A stretch of 60,291 bases of DNA, the filler included, from Asterionella formosa (lineage: Eukaryota), in NCBI GenBank assembly GCA_002256025.1. It is 13 parts of 13 records of this genome, joined end to end, with 100 filler letters (N's around TTAATTAATTAA, not from the genome) between each part and the next. Parts side by side here need not be neighbours in the genome. Positions count along the whole stretch, not along the records: positions 9,309 to 13,861 come from NKIB01013460.1; positions 13,962 to 18,509 come from NKIB01013461.1; positions 18,610 to 23,157 come from NKIB01013462.1; 10 more parts are not named here. One strand, 5' to 3'. This document shows, piece after piece, positions 10,544-23,257 of this stretch (positions within the stretch are counted from its first letter, which is position 1; every line of letters starts with the position of its first letter). Both the position numbers and the translations under genes were made by a program. The notes beneath the pieces were generated by a model. It made no database searches. It was not told the origin of the DNA and worked only from the letters and a program-made list of their open reading frames with translations.

Positions 10544-13500
10544 CTCTCCTTGTTCCAACAATCCATCATCCCGTTTTGGATCGCGTATCCGTGCATGTTC
10601 ATAATCTTGTCCGTGACGTTTTTAGTTAGGACATCTGCAGGATTCTTTTCCGCATTGACATAGTCAACCTTAATCGTTCCGTTTTCGACTTGTTCTCGTA
10701 CATAGTGGTATCTTACGTCGATGTCTTTTGTGCGTGCCCCAACCTGATGATTTTTCGTTAAATAAATCGCACCGGTATTGTCCTCACCCATTAGACTAGG
10801 CATCGCGATAGTTGTTATTTCGCCCAGTAGATTCGTTGCGAAGACAGTTTCCTTTGAGCCGTTACTGAGTGCGACATATTCACACTCGGAGCTTGATTGC
10901 GTTACAATATCCTGTCCTTTTGATATCCAGTGAATTAGGGCGCACCCTCCGATCGTGCCTAAATAACCGCTGACACTCTTTCGTGTATCAGGATTAGAGG
11001 CGAAGGCGCTATCCACGACATCTTGAATATGTAGCTCGTTGGGCGCACGCAGTTTCATTCTGCATGCAATGTCCCCATCTAGACACAAATACCCGAGTAG
11101 GCATTCCAATGCTTGCCAGTGCGTTTCGCCGGGGTTGTCGAGGTGCTCTGACAATTCACGACATGCGTTGGCGCATACTGGCGATATTTTCTTCACGAAG
11201 TAAAGTATCTTTCCAACGAGGGAGCGATATTCCTTATTCTTGATCGTCTCTCCTCGGTTCTTACTTAGGACCGTTCCCGGGAATCCCGGCGTTGAGGCTT
11301 TCTTTGGTTCCTTTCCAAATATAGTCGTGTAGTCATTAATCATATCTTTGACAAAATCCTCCATTTCGGACTGTAGATAGCGTCCGTTCTCGTCTTCACC
11401 CCATTCGTACCATACTACTCCTAGATGCTTGCGTAGCTGGCCAAGCTCTTTAACGTTGAAGTATTGTTTCAATGCCAACTTGAACTTCTTGACGTCGGCT
11501 TGGGTGCCGGTTACTGCGAGGTCATCTACGTAGGTGCATAGCAGTAGGGTAAGGATGCCTTCTCGTTTTTCGTAGAACACACAGGGGTCGACACGGCTTT
11601 GCTTGAGTCCCATATCGAGTAGTCAGTCTCGGAGTTTCTTGAACCATTGCCATGCAGCTTGTACCGTACCGTAAATTGCCTTATCCAGTCGGATGCAGTT
11701 GTCAGTCAAAGTCGTTTCATTTTCGTAGTGGAAGTCAGCGATTCCATCTGGCCATTCTATGTAGATTTCTTCGTCGAGGTCGGCTTCGAGGAATGCCGCT
11801 TCGATGTCCACAATTTCACAAACAAAATCTTTTCTGTGTAGGGTGAGCGCAAACACAATACGTAGGCCTGTATCCGTAACAACAGGTGCGAATGAGTCTG
11901 TGAAGTCGACACCTGGTATCTGCACGTAGCCTTTTACCACGATGCGGCCCTTGTAGCGCGTAGTGTTGTCGTGCTCATTCTTTTTTTTAAATACCCATTT
12001 TGCTCCAAGTGGCTTTCGTCCATTTAGATTCTTACGAGGATGTAGTTTCCACACTTTGCGGGACTAGAAGTTTTCAATCTCTGCTTTGATTGCCTTGGTC
12101 CATTCGTCTTTTTCGTTACTTAGTAGTGCCTGCTTGTAGCTCTTGGTTCCAGTGGGTCAGAAGCTAGGCTCGTTGAATGTGCTTCCTCGTTAGGTTCGTG
12201 CTCTTCGAGGTTTTCATTCGTGTCGTCATCCAAAATAAGCGTGCGTGCTGCGGATGATTGCTGACGTGTACCTGCTGCACGAGTAGGTGTAGGCGAGGTC
12301 ACAAGGCCTGTTGATAGCCTATTCATTTCTCGATCTAGCTTTGTAGATTTCGTAGCATAATTCGTACGATGCTCGTTCGTACTCATACCACCTGCGACGG
12401 AATCTGCAAAGCTCACTCCCTTGGGAGTACTGGGATCGTCTTGTTTCGTTGGTAGTAGTGTAGTAGCCCCTTGCTCGTCAGGAGGCATTGCGTTGGTAGG
12501 TTTAGTAGGAGTGTCGAATTCCTCGTCTATACCGGATCCATCTGTGGTGAATTCGTCCATGTCCGCTGTGGGTTTGGCATTTCCATGCCAGTCGGCCCAT
12601 TTAAGGTCTCTTGTGTTGAAGACCTTTTTCGTTGTAACGTTGTACATGCGGTAGGTATCACCGGCGTGGTCATGGCTGTATCCAAGCATGACACATTTGA
12701 CACTTTTTGGGGTTAGTTTCTGCCTTGGCGTCCGAATCGTGACCCACCCCACCCTGCCAAACTGAATCAGGTGAGGATAAATCTTAGGCTGAAAGCCATA
12801 GAAAAGCCAATCGGGGCATTTTCCCGTATTCGAGTTAGCGACAGAGTTCGTTAGTCGCGTGTGCATGTGGACACTCTCTGCCCACAGTAGCCCCTGGTAT
12901 TCGTCTGACAATTTTGCGCTGAACATGGAGGCACATGCTCGGTCTCGTATCGTCACAAATTTTCGTTCCACGACTCCGTTCTGTTGAGGTGTATGGGGGG
13001 CAGTATACTCAATCTGAATACCCTGCGTGGTGCAGACGATACTTAGACTGGTCATGTTTTCACCGGCGTTGTCACAGCGTAGGAAGCGTACTACATAGCC
13101 CGCTGACTTGAGTGTAGTCAGTAGGGCATCCGCGATGCTCGCCAAAAGACTCTTCTTGTTAACAAAATAACTCCATGCCTTGCCTGTGTACTGATCCACA
13201 AATAGAATCCAGTAGTTGCTTCCAATTAGAGATTTCTTGTAGGGACCTGAAATGTCCACGTACAATCGTTCAGCAGGAGTAGAGGCCTTGAGGGTCGTGA
13301 CTTTAGGTACCGCTTTGGCCTTTGCCTAAGCTAGTGCGCAGCCTTCACACGACTGAATCTTGCCCGTAGGTTCAATACCGAGGGACTTAAGCGTTTCGCG
13401 AAGGGATGCCTTGCTGATGTGGCCATATTTGTCGTGGGTCTCGTTGATGTCAATTTGCGTTGGTTTCTTGGTAGATTTTGCCGTAGGAAGTTGCGTCACT

Positions 13501-13861
13501 GACTTGGTATTCGTTGGAGTAGGATCAGGTGTATGGTTTGTTGTCGAGTCGTGGATAGACAAGACCGTTTCGGATTGTAGGGTACGTTTTCCCTTGAAGT
13601 AGTAAAGGACGCCTTGATCCTCACAAGAAAAGGTTAGTTCGTTGTCGTACCCTTCCTTATGTAGACTCAACTCAGAACCCTTCATGCGTGCCTCGCACCC
13701 TCCGTTCTTGAAAAATTGCCCGATGCTGACGATGTTCTTGTGGAAGTGTGGAGTGTAGAGTACCTTGCGTAGTAACATGGAGCACGTCTTGTTGGTAATC
13801 AGAATATCACCTCGTTTCGTGCATACCACCTCTTTACCGTCACCGACAATGACCGAGACGT
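10519..13861 (-). pseudogene. Ty1/Copia pol of element A (protease, GAG-pre-integrase, integrase, RT, RNase H), disrupted
   Basis: VIVGDG/LRKVLYTP..NIVS, H...GH...CEGC, YVDISGP..CDNAGEN..NGVVERK, LGAKWVFK..YKGRIVVKGY, YVDDL, SECEYVA..EDNTGA..NPADVLTK in Copia order. Stops at 13326 and 11623 and a frameshift near 12120. Confidence 0.96.
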
Positions 13862-13961
13862 NNNNNNNNNNNNNNNNNNNNNNNNNNNNNNNNNNNNNNN
13901 NNNNNTTAATTAATTAANNNNNNNNNNNNNNNNNNNNNNNNNNNNNNNNNNNNNNNNNNNN

Positions 13962-14237
13962 ATACTTACTGACTGATCCATCCCTATTCCTTCACTGGCA
14001 ACATGGCTCCTCTGTTTTTCTTTTCTTTCCTGCCCTGTACTGTACTCTGATCCACTCACCGTCTGTATCTTGTACTTTGGCTTCCATATTTCCTAGCACA
14101 TTCCTGTGATCCCGCAAGCTAACAGTTGCTAGATCTACATTAATACCAATAATCTCGTTTCTAAATTTCTGAAAAAGAGCACTCTGAAGTGGGTTTGTAA
14201 ATTTACCTGCAACCATCTCTTGTGTTGGGCAGTGCAT
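13962..14237 (-). mobile_element. Copia remnant (element C): RNase H C-terminus, PPT-like stretch and probable LTR start
   Basis: HCPTQEMVAGKFTNPLQSALFQKFRNEIIGI matches the Copia CPT..M.AD.FTKPL....F..FR..I end motif, followed by CACAGGAATGTG. Confidence 0.75.
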
Positions 14238-14789
14238 ATTATTGCCAGGTACTCCACCTTGTACGGGTACCTGGTACCCTCAAAGTATTTGTGTAAATAT
14301 GTACAACTACTGTAGTAGCTAGATTAATCGCCAAGGAGATAAAAAGGAAATACCGTTATATAGGCACGTATATCAGCACTTTCTCTGAACATATATTCTG
14401 GTATTTATGTATGATGAAAAAGATTAAATTTTTATTTATTCTGGTACTCCAATACGGAAATAGTTTTCAGTACGGTATTTCACACCACGCACACTAAATA
14501 CATACTAACTAGCTGGTACCAGGGTACCGGTCCCTAGTACCAGGTACCAAGTACTATGATTCTTGCTTGTGCTATGTTGGTTTGACCGCTCAGGGGGCCA
14601 GGCAGTGGTCGCATCATCACGTAAATGTTGACCACGACGGTCGATGGGACGAGAAACTGACTCGCTCATCGTCGTAATCCTCCTCTTGCTCCATTACCGG
14701 TACTTAATGCCGACCAGCATCGACCATTAAATTCGTTGCATCTTCTTTATCTTTTCCTTGTAGCTCTATCCATATACTCTCATTGTACC

Positions 14790-15368
14790 ATGAAGATAGC
14801 TGCTCTATCACTTTGCTTTGCACCAATGGCGCTGGGATTTTCCATTCTTCCTGCCACCATCTCTTGCTCACAACGACACCAGCAAAAACAAAACAGTTCT
14901 CCGTCCAAGTTGCAAATGGAAATTGATCGTACGTATATAGTTTCCGAAAATGTTGTATGGCATCAATGTCGGTATTGGAACATAATTTTGACAGCACCAC
15001 CAGGTAAACATGCAATCCATTCTCACCACCCCATTTCCTTCCATTTTTATCCTTGTCCAGAAAATGTGATTCAGGGTGCTGCCATTGCCATGGCTGGATT
15101 GGGTGTGGGGCTTGGTATGGTGTACTTCACGGAAGCCCAGGGCGAACGTGCCAAGGAACGTGGATCGGGTGTCTCGGAAGCCATGGCCACTCGTATTGCT
15201 GGACAACTGTTGGAAGATGTGGAAGTGAGTTCAGTGGCTGATTTGGGATCCTTGACCAGTCAACTGGAAGCAGCCTTAAAGCAGTCTGGTGGAGCCAGTG
15301 CACAAGACTTGACCATGTCGGAAGAAGATAAGAAGCGCATTAAAGAAGAAGCGGATGATGGCTGGTAA
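14790..15368 (+). CDS. Small plastid-targeted single-TM protein of unknown function; exons 14790-14928 and 15061-15368
   Basis: Signal peptide with ALG-F cleavage and transit peptide. GTACGT...CCAG intron at 14929-15060. Hydrophobic AAIAMAGLGVGLGMVYF helix. Confidence 0.8.
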   Translation: MKIAALSLCFAPMALGFSILPATISCSQRHQQKQNSSPSKLQMEIDRTYIVSENVVWHQCRYWNIILTAPPGKHAIHSHHPISFHFYPCPENVIQGAAIAMAGLGVGLGMVYFTEAQGERAKERGSGVSEAMATRIAGQLLEDVEVSSVADLGSLTSQLEAALKQSGGASAQDLTMSEEDKKRIKEEADDGW

Positions 15369-15521
15369 ATTATTTCTCAGAATGTAGGACAATACAAGTG
15401 AATTGGTAAAATGAACCTGAACCAGAGGACAACTCAACAACGAAAAACACGAGGTTAAAAAAAAACGCTAAAGCAACAATAGTAAAATTATATACATATA
15501 CAACACTTGACACTTGTAGTC

Positions 15522-16359
15522 CTAGAAACTGCCTGAAATATCCATTGGATCTCTCTCCACAAGTCGCTCCCCCACACCATTTGGACCCTTAATTTTGGCC
15601 AAGGATCTGGGAATGCAAGCGTTAGCTGTTTCCGAATATACTTGTGCAAAGAAAAGTGCTTGTCGATAGGCGTCGAGGGCCTTGTCCAAATGGCCTTTCT
15701 TCATGGAGTCTGCGATCTTGTCGAGTTCATCATTGGTCTTGAGTGCGGCCAATTGGAGCTCCCGCGTCGATTGGCTCAAAACGGAATCTGAAAATGCTGT
15801 AGCAAATATCTTTTCATGATTTTTTATATCATAGGAAATGTGTCAGACCTCAGTGAACACAGTGTGTTGTGGCATCACATGTCAAAAAAATAATTTAATC
15901 TGTGAGTCGAACAATTGAGTCGCTCACCTTCATCGTTCCCTTCATGGCACTGAGGGTGGTACCTTTGTCGGCTGTGATTTCTGCCACAATTGCATTGCTG
16001 TCTCCATTTTCAATCATTTCTTTGAGATCCTTGGCTAGAAATGCAAATCCAGCTTCCATTCGAGGGACATAACGTTTGTAGGACTCAGTTACTGTTCCCA
16101 AGCTTCGTTCTGCAAATGCTGGACCAGGAACGCTTGTCCCGACGAACAACGTCGCCACCGAAATATGCATGGATTGGTGCAATATTTCCCTTCGAGTTGA
16201 AGTTGCATGTAGTTCGACAGGAGTGTTGCGGCTTGTCGTTGTGGGACAATTCTTCACATTGGATGCCAACTTTGCTGATGAGGAGCGAAATGACACAAAG
16301 GATTCCACGATAGATAAACACAATCCAAGGACAAGAAGGAAATGGAAGATTAAACTCAT
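15522..16359 (-). CDS. Thylakoid-lumen (TAT) protein, possibly PsbQ-like helical; exons 16359-15928 and 15809-15522
   Basis: Tripartite presequence: signal ending VES-F, transit peptide, twin-arginine TRREIL, hydrophobic core and AFA cleavage. GTGAG...AAAG intron at 15927-15810 joins GTMK-IFATAFSD in frame. Confidence 0.78.
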
Positions 16360-17002
16360 CTCGTAATCCTTATCCGTGTTGGATTCCTGAACACAGAAGG
16401 AAGATTCCCTTATTTGAAGAGATAGTTGATGGCGCTAATGCTGAGTCAAAGGATTATAAAAAGTGTCGGTGAAATGCGAAGGCGAACATGCAACAACAGG
16501 CAAAGGATTAATCATAATCTGAAATCTGAAGATTTTCCATCCCGCGGTGTGACGATTTATCCAGATACATTTAACTGGGATCCGTCATCACATCCACATG
16601 ATCCTCTTTTCTCTGATCTGTCAAAGGAGTATTGTTATTGGTACATCAACTCGTTCCCGCTACTACCAGTTACCCTGCCTGGTACCACTACCAGGTATAC
16701 CAGGTATACCAAGTAATAAATAGTCTATTATCATGAATTGTTAAAAGTTATTATTTTTTCACTCGACAGGTCAAGAATTGGACAGTATAATGAGTGGCTT
16801 TGAATATCTGGATTCTTTGACTGGAATCAATGGAACATTTGGTGTAAGTGCTCTTGATGTCAATGTCGAGTACGGTACGGGAAAGTAGAGTGCGCAATTC
16901 ATTAGTGGACTGGACCGCTGCCGTTTGGACTGACAAGGCTCCAGGCTCAGCTCGTCGTCCACTGGCATTTGATGGAACAATCGCTCACACAAAATTTGCT
17001 TT

Positions 17003-17845
17003 GTGCCAACAAAAAAGTATCTCGTTATTGTACTTCTAGCCATGGTAGGACATGCATGGTCCAATCATGTTCCTGTCTCGGAACCAACAACCAAATTGAC
17101 ATCCGCCAACCAGCAAAATGACGACGACGAAGACGATGAAAGAGATCCACCTCGTAATTTTACCTCCAAACAATTGGCACACTTTGATGGGACCAAGGAC
17201 AGCAACGATGAAGACAAACCCGTATATCTATCGTTGAATGGCATTGTATTTGATGTTTCAAGAGGAAGAAACTATTATGGTCCGGGCGGTCCGTACGCTC
17301 TATTTGCTGGTCACGAAGCCGGTGTTGCTCTTGCCAAAATGTCATTTGATACTGAATTCTTAGATACCAGCTGTGATACGCTGAACCATGGAGAACGGAT
17401 GGAATTAGAAAACTGGATTGAAAAATTTACGCATTATCGTTGTTATCCAATCCTAGGAAGATGGATCCCAGACAATATCATGCCCAACAGTGACCAAATT
17501 CTAACCAAGGAAGATCTTGCTGCGCATGATGGCCTCCAAGAATGCCCAAAGGGATATGCTACTGCTCCTATTTATATTGGTGCTGGTGATAAAGTATTTG
17601 ATGTATCCTTTGGTGGTGTGACATTTTATGGACCAGGATGCTCGTATCATCGATTTGCAGGGAGGGATGCCTCTCGTGCCTTGGCAAAAATGAGTTTTGA
17701 ACCGGAAGATACAGAAAACACAAGGATTAGTGATTTGACAGAAAAACAGAGAAAGGTCATGGCAGATTGGATCAAAACTTTTGAAGGAAGAAAGAATTAT
17801 CCCATTGTTGGTCGTTTAGGCAAAGACAAAGATGAGAGTACTTGA
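17003..17845 (+). CDS. Membrane-associated progesterone receptor-like (MAPR/PGRMC) protein with two cytochrome b5-like heme/steroid-binding domains; true start uncertain
   Basis: FTSKQLAHFDG..VFDVSRG..YYGPGGPYALFAG and a second LTKEDLAAHDG..VFDVSFG..FYGPGCSYHRFAGRDASRALAKMS..YPIVGRL. Confidence 0.92.
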   Translation: MPTKKYLVIVLLAMVGHAWSNHVPVSEPTTKLTSANQQNDDDEDDERDPPRNFTSKQLAHFDGTKDSNDEDKPVYLSLNGIVFDVSRGRNYYGPGGPYALFAGHEAGVALAKMSFDTEFLDTSCDTLNHGERMELENWIEKFTHYRCYPILGRWIPDNIMPNSDQILTKEDLAAHDGLQECPKGYATAPIYIGAGDKVFDVSFGGVTFYGPGCSYHRFAGRDASRALAKMSFEPEDTENTRISDLTEKQRKVMADWIKTFEGRKNYPIVGRLGKDKDEST

Positions 17846-20800
17846 TCCTGCAACTGTATGTAGAGGCAGAATAATAAGTAGTGCACAGCATTGAGAGAAA
17901 ATTATGCACCCTTTACTCCCTATAGATATGTCATCAATCATGTTGTCTAAACTACAAAACGTTGTTCCTGTAAATAGACCGAAGCATTGTCGTTTAAACT
18001 TGAAGTTGTGTAAGCAAGACATGCAGACAAACACATTTAAACTAGTATTCCTAAACGTAGATTGAGCCCACAATATACCATGGGGAATATAGATCAAGAA
18101 ATTAAATAGTTTATCACAATCTTTTGAATATATGGCTTTTGATCATAATCACAAAGATAGAGGCTTTTTTGAGAAACAATAGGAATCTCCCTATATTGTA
18201 AATATGGATTATATATAAATATATATTAATGCAATAGTCCCTACTCCAATGAGTAATATATAAACAGGGATACCTACCCTATCAACATCAATTTCATCGC
18301 CAGATCCCATTCTTTTCCCACTATCCATGATCCACAAAGAGGATCAACAAGTTCATAATAACTTCACAGAGGGATACTAAGTATCCACAAGGACCCGATT
18401 TATTGTTGAGTTTGCCTCTTTTGAGGACTTTCCACCGAAAAATGGGTATAACTCCTCAGCTACAAAAATCATTGAGGCAGATTGAGCAACGAAATGACAA
18501 GCTTGAACANNNNNNNNNNNNNNNNNNNNNNNNNNNNNNNNNNNNNNNNNNNNTTAATTAATTAANNNNNNNNNNNNNNNNNNNNNNNNNNNNNNNNNNN
18601 NNNNNNNNNGATGCGGTTGATTGTTGGATTGCTTGTCTTCTCGAGGTATTCATGTAGTCGCATCGTCCATATTTCGTCGGACGCACGATGATATCGATAC
18701 ATCTGATGTTGGTAGCAAGTTTTTGTTCCGGTCATGTAAGTAATGATGCTTAACGGATATTCTACCAGTACCGGCAGTCATCTAGTCTACATACGTACGT
18801 GGTACTAAAAACAACCATGCATGGTTTAAGCTATGCTTTAACGCTTACTTTGAACACGTTATAATATTATCTCTGTAGACTCGGTATTATTTTTACGAGA
18901 CCTGAAATGTTGAATTGTATCGTTCACATATTCATTGATTTTACGTACCGTATGCCCGATTTCGTCCTCACAAATATAGTTCTCACTCTATCTTGCCTGC
19001 CTTTGCTCTATTCGGGCTTGCAATAGGCAACGTTCGTCTTTCTTTGATTCCATCGTCTGCTGCTTGTTATGCTAGTTGAAGCGGATCGGTGAGTACAACA
19101 GTGAAATACTGAATATGGATTGTAGATCGTATTTATCGACTTTCCGATTTGATTGCTTCCGTGGTTTGTTTTGATCGCTTCCATCGTTGTTTGTCGTTAC
19201 GCACTGTCGTTTTGTTTCGATTGTACATATATACATGAGAACCAATGCATTTATCAATGACTACTCATTGAAGATGTGGTATTGCGCCCCTACAAGCAGC
19301 TTGTGCCGCCTTCCTACTAGGCGGTCGGAGGTTCCCCTTCACGCTGAGGCTGAGACGATCGGTAGCACAATGAAATAATTGCCTTGAAAGAGGGGAGTAC
19401 GAATAGGCTATAAAACTTATTGACCTTTTTACATATATGTAAATACATATTTTGCATGGTAGAAAGAGCATCAAAACACACGAAAATGATTGTAACATAC
19501 AATATCAATAAAAATTGACATTTTATTTGGAGGAACCAAAGTATGATATGCAAAGTAAAAAGTAGCATCATGTGAGAAATAAATAAAATTATTTTGGGCT
19601 GGAAATGAAGTAAAAAGTATTAGTTTCCATGTAGATGTGTGAATTTGCTAGTACTTATACAGGCAGGGCAGCATTGACTTTCCATCAGACAATTGAAGGA
19701 CGAAATAGCACAAAAAAGAAATAGAAACCCTGAAACCAATTGAGATCTGTATTGTACTAGAGAGTACTAGATGATTTGGTAGTTGGAACCATTCACATAG
19801 CTGTATTGCTAGTAGAATCCAAGCAGCAGTCGTCCATCTGCTGCCCAAACCAACAAATAATCCTGATCAAATGATTCTGTGCTTGATAGCCAGGCCACTC
19901 CTGTATCAGCTCCTCCCCAAATTGAATCAGCCATTATTATTTAATATCATTGAACGTAGCTTGTGATACGAACTCTGAGTAAAAAATTAGCAAACCGAGT
20001 TACAAGAACAAGAAAAGCATTTGTTTGGCGGCAATATTGACATACTGCCTATACAAATCAACAAATAAGAACAACGATAATACATCTGCAAAGATTAGGC
20101 ATTGATCAATACATTTTCCCTTGTTTAGATAGATACAATCGAGCCAGAAATACAGTACGGAATGACGAAAAACGACGGAAGCGAACAGAAAAGAGAATAA
20201 AAGCAATCAAATCGCAAATCAGAAAAATAGCATGATCTTCATGCCACATTCTGTGTTTCACTGTTATACTCACCGAGCCGCTCTAACTAGCATAACAAAC
20301 AGCAGATATTGGGTTCAATTGAAAGTCAAAAGGTTCCTGTGGTTGCAAGCCCGAATTGAGCAACTACATGCAGGATTGAGTGAGCATTATAATTTTGATT
20401 ATGAAATGGGGCATACATAAATCGATGAATATATGAGAAATCTAATTTAATATCCTGGTTTGATAAAGATATAAAAATGATTTGTATAGCGCATTCTTGT
20501 ATTCTATTTCTAGAGTTGCCGTCTTTGCGCTCCATGGACCAGCATTTAAGGTGGGGCTGTCGAAAGGTATGGGTTGTAGTCAATTCCTCATGTGGAAGTA
20601 GTTTAAAAAATTGTGGTAGCTTCATTCTTGGGTCATTTTCTTATGACTGCACTTCTCGTGTCAGCCGGAGAATTGAATGATGAGTGTGTATTGGTTTAAA
20701 GATTTCCATTTTGACCAAACTTCTGATAGTGGATCTATTTGAGGTATCCATAACAAATGATGATTCCAGGGATTCCAACTCATTGTTTTTGTCTTTATCT

Positions 20801-21204
20801 TCATTGTCTTGGTCATCATAAATATAATAATGTGGCTTTGGCGCAATTTCTTCATCAGTGACTTCTTTATTTCTCTGTCTTCTTATTCACTCTTGTCAAT
20901 GTTTAGTAGATTACCATTCTTTTATTCCTCTTCTTGCACTGTAATAGCGCTCACTGTCTTGAAAATAGGGGGTAAAATTTTTCCTTTTCTTTTTCGTTTC
21001 TCTGTTATCTTTTCTTTGCAAGGTTCTTCTTCTGTTCTCGTTGTGTTGATACCATTGCCATGAATTCCCCAATTGTGCTAGTATTTGTGTGTCAAACGCC
21101 CCCCCCCCATCAATATCCATACAATTGCCTTTGCTTGGTGCTGCCTTTCCATCTCCTCCTTTTTCTGCATTCTTTTTCTATTGGATTTCATTACTATCTT
21201 AGTT

Positions 21205-21502
21205 ATCCTCAATGACATTTTTCTCGACGCCTTGATTCCAGGCGTGAGTTTTCTTCCCCCCCCCCTCCTGAGGGACTGGCTTCGTCCATAATCTTCCCTC
21301 ACTTCCACATTCAGGTCTATTAAATGAGGTGTAGATTCTTGCACTTTCTCTAAATATTGATAAAACCTGTTCACGTAGTGCCCAATTTTCGTTTTCCCTT
21401 TTCTCACCCCTTGTAACACTTTACCGTTGCGCAACCCAGAATGTTTCAAACAACTCACCAACCTACCAAACCAGTCCCCAGGCCGTAAACCGGTGGCAAT
21501 AA
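21205..21502 (-). pseudogene. Tyrosine-recombinase C-terminal remnant of a DIRS/YR-type element
   Basis: TGLRPGDWFGRL..VQESTPHLIDLNVEVREDYGRSQSLRRG, then a frameshift in a G-run, then THAWNQGVEKNVI. Resembles the YG..RS.RRG..T.A.N.GV box of stramenopile YR elements. Confidence 0.55.
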
Positions 21503-21793
21503 TTGAGTAGCTGCCTCGGCTCGGAGCAAGCTCTAGCTAGTTTTTCCACATCGATCCTCGTGTATCCTTCTCATCTTCCTCCTTTAGATGAACGACAATA
21601 AAATCTGAGTTCATTGCCAACATTGGGTTCTCTGATGGCCGAAAAAACATATGACCATTCATGTGGCGTCAATTCCGACCCAAGAACTGATGTTAATTTG
21701 TCTTCTGACATCCGTGCTTCTTCGATATTCAAATAGGGCCCAACATAGTATGCTGATTTGTGGTAGCCATCACGTAAACAAACACCATGTCCT

Positions 21794-21891
21794 AAAAAAT
21801 TGTCAATTAATTTTTATTGTAGATTGAAGCTATCCAATAATTGCATTCGGGCCCATCAAATAGATGGACACAATTAGTACCGGTTTTATTT
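21794..21891 (-). mobile_element. tRNA-derived SINE, 5'-truncated copy 2
   Basis: Reverse complement AATAAAACCGGTACTAATTGTGTCCATCTATTTGATGGGCCCGAATGCAATTATTGGATAGCTT..ATTGACAATTTTT matches 1335-1428. No clear TSD. Confidence 0.85.
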
Positions 21892-21914
21892 TTCGTCCCT
21901 GGCATGGGTACCCA

Positions 21915-22215
21915 TATTAAAGTATTACCTTTTGATAGATCTATATCGTTAGACAAAGAAGACTATAGATAGAGACAGTCGTTTCTCTTTCAGTTTCTAT
22001 ATTCTTATTGTGAGTTTACTAATCTGGTTTTAGGTTGTTCTGTTTAAACAAACAAACGAACTATTCTCCAAATGCTGTTTGCATTTCTAGAAACACAAAA
22101 TCATAGATAGACCCATGTCTATCTCACACTTGCTGATCATAGGTATTTAACCATGATCATTCATTTTCAAAACTATGGGTCTTCCGAAATAGCTTATATC
22201 GTCCGGCTCATTATA
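21915..22215 (-). mobile_element. Partial copy of the Copia A LTR
   Basis: Closely similar to 10118 to ~10421; the terminal TG reads TA. Confidence 0.92.
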
Positions 22216-23257
22216 CATCTCCAACGCCGATTACTGGTACAGCCGCCACAAAAAAAACGCTAGTCAAATATGATCACCCAAATTAATTATTTGGGTGGCC
22301 CAATATGACGAATTTAGCTACGTACATAATTTAAGGGTATGACATCACAAAAAAATATGATGCATCATACAATATATATGGACGGAGTGAACTTAAATAG
22401 TTTCGACAACTTCCATAATTATTTTAGAAACCCACATAATTTTTGGGGCCAACTGACAATATTTTCTGGCAACACGAAGAAAAATTTGTTAAGTAATAAT
22501 CTCTATAATACGGTACTTTTCTCGACAATTCGCAACATTTCCGTTCACAAATATTCTTCACTCTGACTACCATTAATTCTGTTAGTTTGCTCCCATTTTA
22601 TCTTTACTTTGATCACATTAATACCTCAAGGTTAAACAAATATATATGCTAGTCAAACAAATAATTATGTGTAACCAATTCACTTTTTCAATTTCATTCT
22701 ACAATCGCAAAATCAATCAAATTAATCGCTTCGCTATATAGTAGTTTATATTGATACTTTCTATAGAACGTGATTCTCAAACCAATACGACAAGCAATGG
22801 ATGTTCATTCTTGCAGCTGGATGCTGTAACGACTCACAAGATTGCCTGGTTACTCATACTTGCAGGAGTCCCTGTTGCTAGTATCGGTAGATCAATTCAT
22901 AGCAAATGAGCCGGCTGCTCATTCTCATTGCTCAGATTGATTGTCTGCTGTAGAAACAAGAGGGCAACAGCATTTGCAGAGTGAGTTGATGAGATAGCAA
23001 AAGTTGCGAAGCCATGATTTCGGTTCTGTGTGCTCCTTACCATGTTCCCCAATGTCCAACCCAGCCCTCATCAAATTGATTGTCTGCAATCAGTGAACAA
23101 CGGTCGCAGAGTGAGTTCATGGACGAACAATTTTGACAAAGGCATCGTTCTTGTTGTNNNNNNNNNNNNNNNNNNNNNNNNNNNNNNNNNNNNNNNNNNN
23201 NTTAATTAATTAANNNNNNNNNNNNNNNNNNNNNNNNNNNNNNNNNNNNNNNNNNNN

